A DNA stretch of 64,000 bases from contig CAIQWB010000108.1 of the NCBI GenBank assembly GCA_903875465.1, positions 1,725 through 65,724 of the forward strand, given 5' to 3'. The DNA comes from an uncultured Verrucomicrobia subdivision 3 bacterium. GTDB taxonomy: Bacteria > Verrucomicrobiota > Verrucomicrobiia > Limisphaerales > UBA11358. The notes beneath the pieces are model-generated. The model did not search any database, was not told where the DNA came from, and saw nothing but the letters and a program-made list of their open reading frames with translations. The translations under genes and the position numbers were made by a program. Shown in pieces: positions 1 through 9,992 of the stretch. The stretch's first letter is position 1; every line of letters starts with the position of its first letter.

Positions 1-94
1 CTCCGGCCAGGCCAATTTTGGCAAAGATAGCCGTCAAGGCGGCAAATCCCGCCGAGCACAGCGCCCAGACTAACCAATTGGAATCGTTGGCCAT
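1..94 (-). CDS. partial CDS (N-terminus only, continues past window start): small EamA/DMT-like membrane transporter
   Basis: ATG at 94..92 on the minus strand, open to position 1. Translates MANDSNWLVWALCSAGFAALTAIFAKIGLAG, a hydrophobic N-terminal helix resembling small EamA-type transporters. Lies 20 nt downstream of the rhodanese stop on the same strand. Too short for the ORF track. Confidence 0.35.
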   Translation of the reverse strand, partial: MANDSNWLVWALCSAGFAALTAIFAKIGLAG

Positions 95-113
95 GGAGCT
101 GATGAACACCGCC

Positions 114-488
114 TCAAACACCCGTTTTTACGGTCCAGCCGGCTTGAACGAGGGCTTTATAGCCACCCATCACCGAAAGCACGCGGTGGTAACCCATTTG
201 CTGGGCGGCGTCGCAAGTGAGGGCAGAGCGGAAGCCGCCGCCGCAGTACATGAGGATTTCCGTTTGCTGGTCGGGGTACAATTTTTCCAAGTCGCGTTCC
301 AAGATTCCTCTGCCCAAGTGGAACGCCTCGGCCACATGTCCAGCCTGCCATTCATGGTCCTCGCGCACGTCCAGCAGAACGGCCTGGGGATTTTGGGTCA
401 GGCGGGCCCGGGCCTCGGCCACGCTGATCTCCGTAATGCGCGTTTTGGCCTGATGCGTTAGTTTTAAGAAACCTGGTGAATGATCCAT
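114..488 (-). CDS. single-domain rhodanese-like sulfurtransferase
   Basis: 124-aa ORF with LLDVREDHEW and the catalytic Cys loop MYCGGGFRSALTC typical of rhodanese domains. Confidence 0.85.
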   Translation of the reverse strand: MDHSPGFLKLTHQAKTRITEISVAEARARLTQNPQAVLLDVREDHEWQAGHVAEAFHLGRGILERDLEKLYPDQQTEILMYCGGGFRSALTCDAAQQMGYHRVLSVMGGYKALVQAGWTVKTGV

Positions 489-759
489 GAGGTGAAAGTA
501 ATGGCTTGGCCGGGGCGGTCAACCAAATTTACCCGGGGGTGTCGGGTCGGGGGCCGACGTGATTTATCCTGATGGTCTGGTGCGGTGGACCGGCTTCTGG
601 CTGAAAAATCACCTGGTTCTAAAAGCGCAACTGATCGGGTAAAGCGCCCGCCCCCGCGAGTTTTTTTGCTTTTTCATTTTCGTGGCTTGCCAATTTTTGG
701 AATTCACATCAAACTATAACTAAAGTTTATTAACTAGGAATTAACGATATAAGGAGCAC

Positions 760-2055
760 ATGAGCAAAGAGGCTAAACTGGAATTGGATGGCAAGGTATA
801 TACCCTGCCCACCGTGGAAGGGAGCGAGGGCGAAAAAGCCGTGGACGTTTCGTCTTTACGCGCGACCAGCGGCTACATCACGCTGGATGATGGTTATGGG
901 AACACCGGTTCGTGTTCCAGTAAAATCACGTTCATTGACGGGGATTTGGGAATTCTGCGTTACCGGGGTATCGGGATTGAGGAACTGGCGGAGAAATCCA
1001 ATTTTATTGAGACGGCTTACTTGTTGATTTATGGCTCGCTGCCCAACTCGCCGCAACTCCGCACTTTTTCAGACGCCCTCATGGAATTTCAGTTCCTGCA
1101 TGAGGACATGAAATATCATTTCGAAGGTTTCCCCACGGGGGCGCACCCCATGGCGATTCTTTCCGCGATGATTAATGCGGCCAGTTGTTTTGATGAAAAA
1201 ATTATGCGCTGGCAATGGGGCAAGACGAAGGAATTTGACATTGTGGTGGCAAAATTGATTTCGCAAGTGCGCACCATTGCCGCCTATTCCTATCGCAAAT
1301 CCCATGGTTTGCCGCTGATTTATCCCAAGAAATCTTACAAGTACACGGCTAATTTCTTGCACATGCTCTTTTCCTCGCCTTACGAGGATTACGAAATCAA
1401 ACCTGAGGTGGTGAAGGCCTTGGACTTGATCTTCCTGCTGCACGCGGATCACGAGCAAAATTGTTCCACGTCGACCGTCCGGATGGTGGCCTCCAGCCAG
1501 GCAAACTTATTTGCCTCAGCATCGGCTGGGGTTTGCGCTTTGTGGGGCCCTTTGCATGGCGGCGCGAACCAGGCGGTGATTGAAATGCTGGAACAGATTC
1601 ATAAAGAGGGGGATGACGGTTCCCGCTTTATCGCGGCGGCGAAGGACAAGAATAGTGGTAAAAAATTGATGGGCTTCGGTCACCGCGTCTATAAAAATTA
1701 CGACCCCCGGGCGAAAATCATTAAAAAAGCCTGTGATCAAGTGCTGGAGAAATTGAAAATTAGTGATCCATTGCTGGATATTGCCAAACATTTGGAAGAA
1801 GCCGCGCTCAAAGATCCCTATTTTGTCGAGCGCAAGTTGTATCCGAACGTGGACTTTTACAGTGGCATCATCATGCGGGCGCTGGAAATTCCCGTGGAAA
1901 TGTTCCCGGTAATCTTTGCCATTGGCCGCATGCCGGGCTGGATCGCCAACTACAAAGAGATCATGGAAGAGCCGAAGAGCCGCATTTACCGTCCCCGGCA
2001 GGTTTACGTGGGCCGGACCCTCAACCCTTACGTGCCACTGGCGGAACGGAAATAA
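760..2055 (+). CDS. gltA: citrate synthase (type II)
   Basis: 431 aa. Carries hallmark motifs [32 protein letters not shown] and [20 protein letters not shown]-like RBS (aaggagcaca) just upstream of the ATG. Confidence 0.95.
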   Translation: MSKEAKLELDGKVYTLPTVEGSEGEKAVDVSSLRATSGYITLDDGYGNTGSCSSKITFIDGDLGILRYRGIGIEELAEKSNFIETAYLLIYGSLPNSPQLRTFSDALMEFQFLHEDMKYHFEGFPTGAHPMAILSAMINAASCFDEKIMRWQWGKTKEFDIVVAKLISQVRTIAAYSYRKSHGLPLIYPKKSYKYTANFLHMLFSSPYEDYEIKPEVVKALDLIFLLHADHEQNCSTSTVRMVASSQANLFASASAGVCALWGPLHGGANQAVIEMLEQIHKEGDDGSRFIAAAKDKNSGKKLMGFGHRVYKNYDPRAKIIKKACDQVLEKLKISDPLLDIAKHLEEAALKDPYFVERKLYPNVDFYSGIIMRALEIPVEMFPVIFAIGRMPGWIANYKEIMEEPKSRIYRPRQVYVGRTLNPYVPLAERK

Positions 2056-2088
2056 TCTATTTTTGGAGTTTAATCGCTGGCTGGGAGC

Positions 2089-3018
2089 TTAAAAGGGCAG
2101 TCGCCCGTAAAGCCAACCCAGCCATTTTTCTGCCTGTTGCGCGGCGAAAAAAATCATCGCCGAACCCACCACCGGGGCGAAATCCACTTTGCCCAGTCGC
2201 AAAGGAATCCAGCGCAGCGGTTTAAGCAGGGTACGGGCCGTGGCATGCACATAATCCCAGAATGGATGCGGACCGAAGTAAACGTAAGTACTGAGGAAAT
2301 GGAGTATGATAAGTCCGCCGAGGACAAATTTCCAAACCACATAACTGCCCAGTCCCACTACCAACGCCGATTCCAACCGCTGGGTGGCGGAAACTGGCCG
2401 GGGAATGAAATGCGTCCGCGAACCCTGCCCCACCTCCAAGCTGGTAAATAACCAGGTGGCCAGCCACCACAAGAGGGATGCTAGCAGCAACGGGAGCAGT
2501 AATTTCACCCAGCGCGGCCAGCGGTCAACCGCCCCCAACTGCACGCGTACCAACCGGTGGATGGGGTCTGGACCGGCCAGGATGGACAGCAGCAACAACC
2601 AGATGTAAACCACGCCCAAGGAGAGGGCAAAACTTAGAAGCGAGTAAAGGGAGATACGGAAAAATAAATCGCTCAGGTGACTATGAAAAGGAATCGGGAT
2701 GGCTACCACCCCAAAATCCAGACGACCCACCCAGTTGTCCGCCGAACCAATCAACCAATATAGGAGTGCCCGAATGATCAAGAGGGCTGCAATTGCCGCC
2801 AACAAATGCCAACGGCGCCACGGTGACGGTTGAGCCGGTCGGAGGGTGCCTACCAAGGTGGCCGGGGTGCGTTTGGTTAACGGGTCGTATTGTACGGAAC
2901 GCCAGCTTAGCCAGAGGAGCAAGCCTGCCAGATTTAGAATGAAATCAATCAGGCCCATCAGAGTTCCGGGCTGGCGGCGAAAGAGGAATGTCCTAGCCAT
3001 TTCCCCTTCGCCGGCCAC
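2089..3018 (-). CDS. polytopic integral membrane protein, function unknown (N-terminus weakly YggT-like)
   Basis: 309-aa ORF with multiple long hydrophobic segments (LIDFILNLAGLLLWLSW, IWLLLLSILAG, LLLPLLLASLLWWLATWLF). No catalytic motif recognised. Confidence 0.6.
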   Translation of the reverse strand: MAGEGEMARTFLFRRQPGTLMGLIDFILNLAGLLLWLSWRSVQYDPLTKRTPATLVGTLRPAQPSPWRRWHLLAAIAALLIIRALLYWLIGSADNWVGRLDFGVVAIPIPFHSHLSDLFFRISLYSLLSFALSLGVVYIWLLLLSILAGPDPIHRLVRVQLGAVDRWPRWVKLLLPLLLASLLWWLATWLFTSLEVGQGSRTHFIPRPVSATQRLESALVVGLGSYVVWKFVLGGLIILHFLSTYVYFGPHPFWDYVHATARTLLKPLRWIPLRLGKVDFAPVVGSAMIFFAAQQAEKWLGWLYGRLPF

Positions 3019-3023
3019 CGGGG

Positions 3024-3926
3024 CTACATCATTTTTAGCAAGGTGTCGGCCATCTCACTGGGGGTGACTGCGATGCCAATGCCAGCGGCTTTGAACGCCG
3101 CAATTTTGGCCTCGGCCGTGCCTTTGCCACCGCTGACAATGGCACCGGCATGACCCATGCGGCGTCCGGGCGGGGCAGTGGCACCGGCGATGAATCCAGC
3201 CACTGGTTTTTGACAATTCGCCTTGATCCATTCCGCCGCCTCTTCCTCAGCCGAACCGCCAATTTCACCAATCATGATAATGCCATGGGTGTCAGGATCG
3301 GCTGCAAATAACTTAATCACATCCAGATGCGAGGTGCCGTTGACCGGGTCGCCGCCAATGCCCACGCAGGTGGACTGCCCCACGCCACGCGAGGTTAACT
3401 GCCAGACCGCTTCATAGGTTAGGGTGCCGCTGCGGGAGACGACGCCGATGTGGCCTTTTTTGTGAATATAACCGGGCGCAATGCCAATCCGGCAGCCGCC
3501 ATGGGAATCCTTGCCTTCACCGGGGGTCACCACGCCGGGGCAATTGGGCCCGATCAGGCGGGTTTTGGTGTTGCCTTGCAGGGCGCGCTTGACGCGCACC
3601 ATATCGCGCACCGGAATGCCTTCGGTGATGGCCACCACGAGTTCCAGCCCGGCATCCGCGCCTTCCAGAATAGCGTCGGCCGCGAAGGGCGGGGGCACAA
3701 ACACGGCTGAGGCAGTGGCCCCGGTCTGTTTTACGGCATCGGCAACGGTGTCAAAAATGGGCACCTTCACGCCAGCGTGTTCGAAAAACTGGCCGCCTTT
3801 GCCGGGTGTGACACCAGCCACGATGTGGGTGCCGTAATCGATGGAGAGTTGGGCGTGCTTCGCCCCGAAACTTCCAGTGATGCCCTGGACGAGGACTTTG
3901 GTATGAGGAGTGACGAGTATGGACAT
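3024..3926 (-). CDS. sucD: succinyl-CoA synthetase subunit alpha
   Basis: 300 aa. [18 protein letters not shown] CoA-binding start, SRSGTLTYE and the phosphohistidine loop MGHAGAI. Confidence 0.95.
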   Translation of the reverse strand: MSILVTPHTKVLVQGITGSFGAKHAQLSIDYGTHIVAGVTPGKGGQFFEHAGVKVPIFDTVADAVKQTGATASAVFVPPPFAADAILEGADAGLELVVAITEGIPVRDMVRVKRALQGNTKTRLIGPNCPGVVTPGEGKDSHGGCRIGIAPGYIHKKGHIGVVSRSGTLTYEAVWQLTSRGVGQSTCVGIGGDPVNGTSHLDVIKLFAADPDTHGIIMIGEIGGSAEEEAAEWIKANCQKPVAGFIAGATAPPGRRMGHAGAIVSGGKGTAEAKIAAFKAAGIGIAVTPSEMADTLLKMM

Positions 3927-3981
3927 GGTTAAATTAAAATTTAAGATTGTGTTTTAAGACAATTTTTCGGTTGTTCGGTTT

Positions 3982-4245
3982 TTACTTTAATGGCTCGGAG
4001 CTACCGCACTGTCTCCAGGTCACCAGGCCGGCCAACAGCTTGTTTGCGGTTACCCGGTGACGCGGATGTAAATCTTTAATGGCGCTTTCGATGGGGCCCA
4101 GGTTTTCAGGAGTAAACCGGGCACAGACATCAACATCTTCCGTAACCAAAGTGACCTCATAATGGCGCGGGGCAAATCCGCCAATCAGGCTGAACTCGAC
4201 TTTTCCTGCATGCAGCCGTTTTAGGATTTCCGTGAGTGGTTCCAT
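3982..4245 (-). CDS. small nucleotidyltransferase-fold-like protein (truncated or degenerate), possible TA-module component
   Basis: Start taken at MEPLTEILKRLHAGKVEFSLIGGFAPRHYEVTLVTEDVDVCARF. The LIGG...T.D.D pattern resembles minimal nucleotidyltransferase (MNT/AbiEii-like) N-termini. The ATG lies 1 nt after the TAA of the upstream small ORF (TAAcATG). The ORF track offers an earlier start at 4281. Confidence 0.4.
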   Translation of the reverse strand: MEPLTEILKRLHAGKVEFSLIGGFAPRHYEVTLVTEDVDVCARFTPENLGPIESAIKDLHPRHRVTANKLLAGLVTWRQCGSSEPLK

Positions 4246-4246
4246 G

Positions 4247-4435
4247 TTAGTCAGCCTTTGCATGGTGCAAGGCCCGGTCATTGGCCACCAACCGTTCCCA
4301 AGGACTGCGTTTCAAATTGTCCTCGATGAGCGAAATGTCCACACCTGCTTCGCAAGCATCGCGCCAAGCCGGAGCGGCGTCTCCCGGCATGACGTACTTG
4401 CCGTTCGTTTCTGCCAATGTTTCCGTGTCAATCAT
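4247..4435 (-). CDS. small hypothetical protein (62 aa), possible partner of the downstream NTase-like ORF
   Basis: Start taken at the internal Met (MIDTETLAETNG...), 8 nt after the stop of the upstream VOC gene. The ORF-track start at 4483 would overlap that gene by 41 nt. The C-terminal LKRSPWERLVAND segment resembles the SP.ERL motif of small proteins paired with NTase genes. Tightly coupled to the next ORF. Confidence 0.35.
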   Translation of the reverse strand: MIDTETLAETNGKYVMPGDAAPAWRDACEAGVDISLIEDNLKRSPWERLVANDRALHHAKAD

Positions 4436-4442
4436 TTGGCTG

Positions 4443-4811
4443 TCAGGCGGTTTTCCGCTTATGAATGCACAGGCAGTTCCCATCCGGATCGAAAATCATA
4501 GCCATCTGACACACTGGTGTGTCCATGGGTTGGATGCGAAACTTTACGTTATTTACCCTGAGCTGTGTGATGGCGGTCTCAAAATCTGCCACTTCCAGAG
4601 CCACCGAACAACCATCCGGGCTGGGTTTAAAGGCGGGGGACGAACCGAGCGACAAGGCATATGGCCCGAATTCATATTCCACCCACTGGCCCTGTTCTGA
4701 ATCGTGGACCACCGTGGCTTTCAGGCCCAGCACGCCTTCATAAAAGGCGCGCGCACGAGCCATATCTGTAACGGCATAACAACTGAAAGCGATTTCGGTG
4801 ACCTTGAGCAT
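4443..4811 (-). CDS. VOC (glyoxalase/bleomycin-resistance/dioxygenase) family protein
   Basis: 122 aa with a typical VOC N-terminus (IAFSCYAVTDMARARAFYEGVLGL) and C-terminal FDPDGNCLCIH. Confidence 0.8.
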   Translation of the reverse strand: MLKVTEIAFSCYAVTDMARARAFYEGVLGLKATVVHDSEQGQWVEYEFGPYALSLGSSPAFKPSPDGCSVALEVADFETAITQLRVNNVKFRIQPMDTPVCQMAMIFDPDGNCLCIHKRKTA

Positions 4812-4819
4812 GTGCCCGA

Positions 4820-6025
4820 TTATTTCCCCACAGCGGCAACCACTTTTTTGGCCGCATCCGCCATCGAATCGCCGGTGATGATGGCTACGCCACTTTCGGC
4901 CAGAGTCTTTTTACCGGCCGCCACGTTGTTGCCTTCCAAGCGCACCACGAGGGGGAGTTTCAGTCCCGTTTCCTTGACGGCCGCCACGATGCCCGTGGCG
5001 ATAACATTGCAATCCATAATGCCGCCGAAGATATTTACGAGAATGCCCTTCACGTGGGGATCGCTCAGAATGATCTTGAACGCCGCCGTGACCTGCTCCT
5101 TGCTCGCGCCGCCACCAACATCGAGGAAGTTTGCCGGGTTGCCACCGAAATGCTGGATGATGTCCATGGTGGCCATGGCCAGGCCGGCGCCATTCACGAG
5201 GCAGGCGATGGAAGCGTCGAGCTTGATGTAATTCAGATTGAATTTGCAGGCTTCGATTTCCAGGGGCGCTTCTTCGTTTAAGTCGCGCATTTCCAAAATG
5301 TCCTTGTGGCGGTACAAGGCATTGTCATCCAGGGAAATCTTGGCATCCAAAGCAATCACAGTTTCCTTGCCATCGGCCAGTTCCACCACGGCCAGCGGGT
5401 TGAGTTCCACCATGGCGGCGTCGGTTTCCCACCAGGTGGTGTAAACACCGGTGACGAGCTTGGTCCCGGCATTAAATAAATCTCCCTTGAGCCCGAGCGC
5501 GGCGGCGATTTTCCGGGCCTGATAGGGCATAATGCCCACGGCGGGATCGACGTGTTCCTTAAAAATTTTCTCAGGATGTTTTTCCGCCACTTCTTCAATG
5601 TCCATGCCGCCTTCGGTGCTCGCCATGATGAGGGGGCGGGAGTTGGCCCGATCGAGCAGCACGGCAAGATAAAATTCTTTTTTAATCTTCGCACCGGCGG
5701 CCAGCAACAGGGTTTGTACCAACCGGCCATCGGGGCCGGTTTGTTTGGTCACGAGCACCTGACCAAGCATTTTTTCCGCAATGGCCACAGCCTCATCCAC
5801 CGAGGCCGTGACTTTCACGCCGCCCTGGAAGCCGGATTTGAACGTGCCTTTGCCCCGGCCACCCGCGTGGATTTGGGATTTTACAACCACCCGGGCGCTG
5901 CCGCTGGCGACGATTTTTTCGGCCGCCGGGCGGACCTCGGCGAGGGATTTGGCGGGGATTTCGAGGGATACTGCCACGCCGTATTTGGCAAGTAATTGTT
6001 TGGCCTGATATTCGTGAATGTTCAT
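4820..6025 (-). CDS. sucC: succinyl-CoA synthetase subunit beta (ADP-forming)
   Basis: 401 aa. [20 protein letters not shown]-grasp start, [12 protein letters not shown], and the C-terminal ligase-CoA domain [13 protein letters not shown]. Confidence 0.95.
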   Translation of the reverse strand: MNIHEYQAKQLLAKYGVAVSLEIPAKSLAEVRPAAEKIVASGSARVVVKSQIHAGGRGKGTFKSGFQGGVKVTASVDEAVAIAEKMLGQVLVTKQTGPDGRLVQTLLLAAGAKIKKEFYLAVLLDRANSRPLIMASTEGGMDIEEVAEKHPEKIFKEHVDPAVGIMPYQARKIAAALGLKGDLFNAGTKLVTGVYTTWWETDAAMVELNPLAVVELADGKETVIALDAKISLDDNALYRHKDILEMRDLNEEAPLEIEACKFNLNYIKLDASIACLVNGAGLAMATMDIIQHFGGNPANFLDVGGGASKEQVTAAFKIILSDPHVKGILVNIFGGIMDCNVIATGIVAAVKETGLKLPLVVRLEGNNVAAGKKTLAESGVAIITGDSMADAAKKVVAAVGK

Positions 6026-6149
6026 TGCAAAATTCAGGGTCTATTAAAAACAATTGTCGGCAAAAATCAAACTTTTAAGCAAAAACAGTTTTTAGGCGGC
6101 GGCGCATTTCCCTTGAATCCTGCGAGTTGGGCGGGCAACTTGCGCTGCC

Positions 6150-7181
6150 GTGATAAATCGAACTCTGTGCTTTCTGTTACTCTGGCTGGCCCTGGCGTCC
6201 GCTCCAGGGCAGGCGGCTTTCGTTAACGGCCACAGCTATGTGCCGTTGGCGGACTGGGCCCAGGCTAATGGCCTGAAAGTGGCCTGGCTCCGGCGGGGCG
6301 ATCAAATTGCCGTGGCCAATCACAACCTGCGGGCGATTTTTGTGATAAATTCAGCAGCAGCGGAAATTAACGGGGTGGCGGTCCGCTTGTGCTTTCCCGC
6401 CGCCAGTGCCCATGGCATCCCTTTAATTTCGCAATTAGATGCCGACAAGACCCTCCGGCCATTTTTGTATCCGCCGCGAACTCCGGCGGGCAAACGGATT
6501 ACCACCATTTGCCTGGATCCGGGCCATGGGGGGCGGGATACGGGTAACCAGGTGGGAGCGCACAGTGAGAAAACTTACACGCTGGCCCTGGCACAAGAAG
6601 TACGTGACCAGTTGCAACTCGCTGGTTTTCAGGTTTTTCTCACGCGCAATGATGACACTTACCCTGAGCTCCCGCTGCGGCCGGCGCAAGCCAACCGGCG
6701 GGGGGCGGATTTATTTGTGAGTTTGCATTTCAACGCCACGGAAAATGACCGGCAGGACGTGCAGGGAACAGAGACCTATTGCATTACGCCCGTTGGGGCC
6801 AGTTCCTCCAATGCCCAGGGCGAAGGGGCCGGTTACGGTCCCACTTCGGCCAATCACAATGAACAAAAAAGTATTCTGCTCGCGTGGTCGGTGCAGAAAG
6901 CGCTGGTTCACCTTTTGGGGGCGCCGGACCGCGCGGTGCGGCGCGCCCGTTATGCAGTGCTGCGCGATGCCATCATGCCATCGATTTTGGTCGAAGGCGG
7001 CTATATGACGCACCCAGTCGAGGGGGCCAGAATTTTCACTCCGGGCTATCGCCGCTTGATGGCGCGGGCGATTGTGCAAGGCATTTTGACTTACCAAAAA
7101 AGCTTGCAGGCCCCGGCCGCGACCATTCCCAGTCACTCAAAACATCCAACCCACTCAGTTTATTCCCATTCACCTCGATGA
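6150..7181 (+). CDS. N-acetylmuramoyl-L-alanine amidase (Amidase_3 family) with signal peptide
   Basis: GTG start. Signal peptide MINRTLCFLLLWLALASAPGQA. Amidase_3 motifs ICLDPGHGGRDTG and ADLFVSLHFNA, and a C-terminal EGGYMTHP. Confidence 0.85.
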   Translation: MINRTLCFLLLWLALASAPGQAAFVNGHSYVPLADWAQANGLKVAWLRRGDQIAVANHNLRAIFVINSAAAEINGVAVRLCFPAASAHGIPLISQLDADKTLRPFLYPPRTPAGKRITTICLDPGHGGRDTGNQVGAHSEKTYTLALAQEVRDQLQLAGFQVFLTRNDDTYPELPLRPAQANRRGADLFVSLHFNATENDRQDVQGTETYCITPVGASSSNAQGEGAGYGPTSANHNEQKSILLAWSVQKALVHLLGAPDRAVRRARYAVLRDAIMPSILVEGGYMTHPVEGARIFTPGYRRLMARAIVQGILTYQKSLQAPAATIPSHSKHPTHSVYSHSPR

Positions 7182-7723
7182 GCATTGCAACTAAAACTGG
7201 CGATGACGGAACCACCGGCCTGATGTATGGGCGCCGGGTGCCCAAGAACCATCTGCGGGTGGAGGCCTGCGGATCAGTGGATGAGCTTAACGCCGCCATT
7301 GGTCTCGCCCGGGCCCATGCCACTCGCGATTTTATCCGCCAGCCACTTGTGGCCATTCAACAGGATTTGATCATTCTCATGGGCGAGGTGGGGGTTTTAT
7401 CCGAGGATTTAAAGCGCTACACCACCGCTGGATACTCCCGGGTGAGCCCCGAAATGACGGTGCGGCTGGACGCCTTGGTTCAGGAGATTGAAGCGCAGAG
7501 CATCAGTTTTAAGGGCTGGGCCACTCCCGGGGCCACGCTGGATGCCGCCGCCCTGGACGTGGCCCGCACGGTTTGTCGCCGGGCCGAACGGCGGGTTTAC
7601 GATTTAACCCAGGCGGGGGAGTTGGAAAATCCCGAGGTCGGCATCTTCCTCAACCGGCTGAGCGACCTCCTTTGGCTGCTGGCCCGCTGGTCGGAAACCC
7701 AGGCGGGAGTGGCCGGCCAATAA
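7178..7723 (+). CDS. ATP:cob(I)alamin adenosyltransferase, PduO type
   Basis: Real start at an internal Met of ORF 6884..7723. MSIATKTGDDGTTGL...VEACGSVDELNAAIGLAR is the PduO/MMAB signature. The ATG overlaps the amidase stop (ATGA at 7178..7181). Confidence 0.85.
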   Translation: MSIATKTGDDGTTGLMYGRRVPKNHLRVEACGSVDELNAAIGLARAHATRDFIRQPLVAIQQDLIILMGEVGVLSEDLKRYTTAGYSRVSPEMTVRLDALVQEIEAQSISFKGWATPGATLDAAALDVARTVCRRAERRVYDLTQAGELENPEVGIFLNRLSDLLWLLARWSETQAGVAGQ

Positions 7724-7746
7724 AGCGACCGCTCCCGGGACCGAAA

Positions 7747-7776
7747 CGCCGCCGCGAAAGTGACTTCGCGGCGGCG
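7747..7776. terminator. perfect 12-bp GC-rich hairpin between convergent genes (candidate bidirectional terminator)
   Basis: CGCCGCCGCGAA-agtgac-TTCGCGGCGGCG. Sits between the stop of 7178..7723 (+) and the stop of 7802..9220 (-). There is no clean U-run directly after the stem. Confidence 0.45.
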
Positions 7777-7801
7777 CTAGGAAAACCCCTTTTAGGATGG
7801 T

Positions 7802-9220
7802 TTAGGTCATCCGATACGGTGCCCGGTATTCACGGGTCAAGAGCTTGCTTGCCTCGGCATCGTCAATAATTTTTTCGTGCTGCACACTCCAGCGGATTTT
7901 CCGGCCGGTCAGCATGGAAATCAAGCCGAGGTGGCCCGGCGTGGCCGAGTGGTGTGCGGTCTGAACCGGGGCAACGGTTTCCTTCCGAGATTTGATGCAG
8001 TCCAGAAAGTTTTGCCAATGATTCACGGACTCATTGTTGGGGTATTCGTAAATTCTGATTTTGGCCTGGTCATCAGGGAGGTTTTTGTACTTTTTCCATT
8101 CAGGATTGGAGGCAGCAAAGCCGCTGCGATCCACCCAGACCCAGCCATCCGTGCCGATCCACTTGGTACCACTTTTAATATCATTATGGCCGCCGGCCAT
8201 GGTGATCAGAATATCATCAGGATATTTCATTTCGATGCGATATTTGGTGCACGTGTTCCACAAGGCCTCCCGCGCCGGGAATTCGCCCTGGCCTTCAATT
8301 TCCGAGGGGCCGTTGCGGTCAAAGCCGAGACCCCAATGGGCGATATCCAAGTGATGCCCCACCCAGTCCAGTAATTGCCCGCCACCGGTGTTGTAATTCC
8401 AACGCCAATCCATGTGGACGCGTTGCTTGATGTACGGCTCCATGCGGGCGGGCCCAATCCACGTTTCGTAATCGAGTTCCGGCGGCGGGGCCGTCACCGC
8501 AATGTCCCAGGCCGGGGTGCCGGGCAGGATTTTGGTGAAATCATTGGCGAATTCCGGGTAGGCGGCCAGTTTGGCCTTCAGTTCGGGACCGGTGCCTTTG
8601 AAGTCATAATGGCCCGAGGGCAGGCCAACCTCCACGCGGGTAACCTTGCCGATGAGGCCGTTACGGACGATTTCCGCCGCCTTGCGAAAGGTCGAGCCGG
8701 AGCGCTGCCAGGAGCCGGTTTGCCAAATGCGACCGTGTTTTTCGACGGCCCGCACGATGCGCTGCTGTTCATGAATAGTCTTGGCCAGCGGTTTTTCCCC
8801 GTAAATATCCAAGCCCTGGCTGGCCGCATGGGTGGATATGATTTCGTGCCAGTTATCCGGCACGGCGAGCATGACCGCATCAAGGTCCTCGCGCGCCATC
8901 ATTTCCTTATAATCGTGGTAGGCGGCGCAATCCTTGTTTCCATACTGCTGGTTAACCGTGTCCACGGCGTCCTGAAGTGCGTTTTTATCCAGATCGCAAG
9001 CCGCGACCACCCGGCAGGCATCCAGCGAAAGGAAATTTTTGGTGTTGCTCGGGCCTTGCATGCCCCAGCCGACCACTCCGATATTAATTCGATTGGAGGG
9101 CCGCGAGGCGCGGCCCCGGCCCACCGCACAGCCCGGTACCAGCATGGGCAGCACCAGCGCGGCGCTGGTGCGGGCGATAAATTTGCGGCGATTCATTTGC
9201 GTGTCAGCGTTTTTTTTCAT
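7802..9220 (-). CDS. Gfo/Idh/MocA-family oxidoreductase with twin-arginine (Tat) signal
   Basis: 472 aa. Tat-like MNRRKFIARTSAALVLP and a Rossmann start INIGVVGWGMQG. This architecture is very common in PVC bacteria. Confidence 0.8.
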   Translation of the reverse strand: MKKNADTQMNRRKFIARTSAALVLPMLVPGCAVGRGRASRPSNRINIGVVGWGMQGPSNTKNFLSLDACRVVAACDLDKNALQDAVDTVNQQYGNKDCAAYHDYKEMMAREDLDAVMLAVPDNWHEIISTHAASQGLDIYGEKPLAKTIHEQQRIVRAVEKHGRIWQTGSWQRSGSTFRKAAEIVRNGLIGKVTRVEVGLPSGHYDFKGTGPELKAKLAAYPEFANDFTKILPGTPAWDIAVTAPPPELDYETWIGPARMEPYIKQRVHMDWRWNYNTGGGQLLDWVGHHLDIAHWGLGFDRNGPSEIEGQGEFPAREALWNTCTKYRIEMKYPDDILITMAGGHNDIKSGTKWIGTDGWVWVDRSGFAASNPEWKKYKNLPDDQAKIRIYEYPNNESVNHWQNFLDCIKSRKETVAPVQTAHHSATPGHLGLISMLTGRKIRWSVQHEKIIDDAEASKLLTREYRAPYRMT

Positions 9221-9312
9221 TTAAGCATGGCTTGGATGTAGCGATTTATAGCCGAACTAGAGAATGATGCCACCACAAAAGTTTCAAAATGTTTTAGCGA
9301 TGTGGGCGGGGT

Positions 9313-9849
9313 TTAAAATTGGTCAGTTTTCTCTTTGAACAGGACATTGAAGGTGGTCAAAGAGCCGTAGCAGCGGGTGATGTATTGCTGCATCTCCACT
9401 TTTTCCCCGTCACTCAATTGCTCGTGGGCATTGATCTTTTGTTCCAGCACCCGGAGATTGTTGCGGACCATGACAATTTTGTGAAAAAAGGTTTCCAAAG
9501 GCACCTCCTTGGTTTGCAAGGCCGGATCGGCCGGGTGAAGTACGGCCCGCCCGCCGTGCCAGCGGATGCCAAGTTGTTCCACCACGGTGTTGGGCTTTTC
9601 CAAGCCGAGTTGCTGCAAGGCCGCCGCCAGGGTGGTTTCGACAAACTGCTTCAATGGCTGGTTCAGGCCAGAGATGGCCGCCTGTGGCTCGGCTGCCTCC
9701 AAGCCGGCCGCTTCCGGGGCAATTGTGCGTTTGCCGTCGGTGAATAAAATGTCGGCGGTAACTTCAGTGATGGCTTTGACGACGCCCAGCCCGTATTGGG
9801 GATGACGCACGTTCATGCCGATTTGCAGGGCTTCAATTTTCATGGTCAC
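9313..9849 (-). CDS. hypothetical protein (N-terminal small beta-domain motif G.NVRHPQYGLGVV)
   Basis: 178-aa ORF with coding-like composition. The N-terminal motif resembles DUF3553/UvrD-C-like small domains. The C-terminal half is unassigned. Confidence 0.55.
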   Translation of the reverse strand: MTMKIEALQIGMNVRHPQYGLGVVKAITEVTADILFTDGKRTIAPEAAGLEAAEPQAAISGLNQPLKQFVETTLAAALQQLGLEKPNTVVEQLGIRWHGGRAVLHPADPALQTKEVPLETFFHKIVMVRNNLRVLEQKINAHEQLSDGEKVEMQQYITRCYGSLTTFNVLFKEKTDQF

Positions 9850-9992
9850 CCATTAAGCATCAAGAAGTGCGCCGGGCCAAGGGCAAACTCCAGCGGCATC
9901 TCCATGGGGCGCCGCTGGTGGCAAGGGATCGGCTGCCCCGCAAAAAATAGGTGGCTGCCTGCCGGGCGCCTCGCTAATCTCAGAATTAAATT

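Noticed and set aside
18-461. 147-aa plus-strand ORF at the window start.
   Set aside because: It lies antisense to the rhodanese gene, which has a clear catalytic loop. The product has no motifs.
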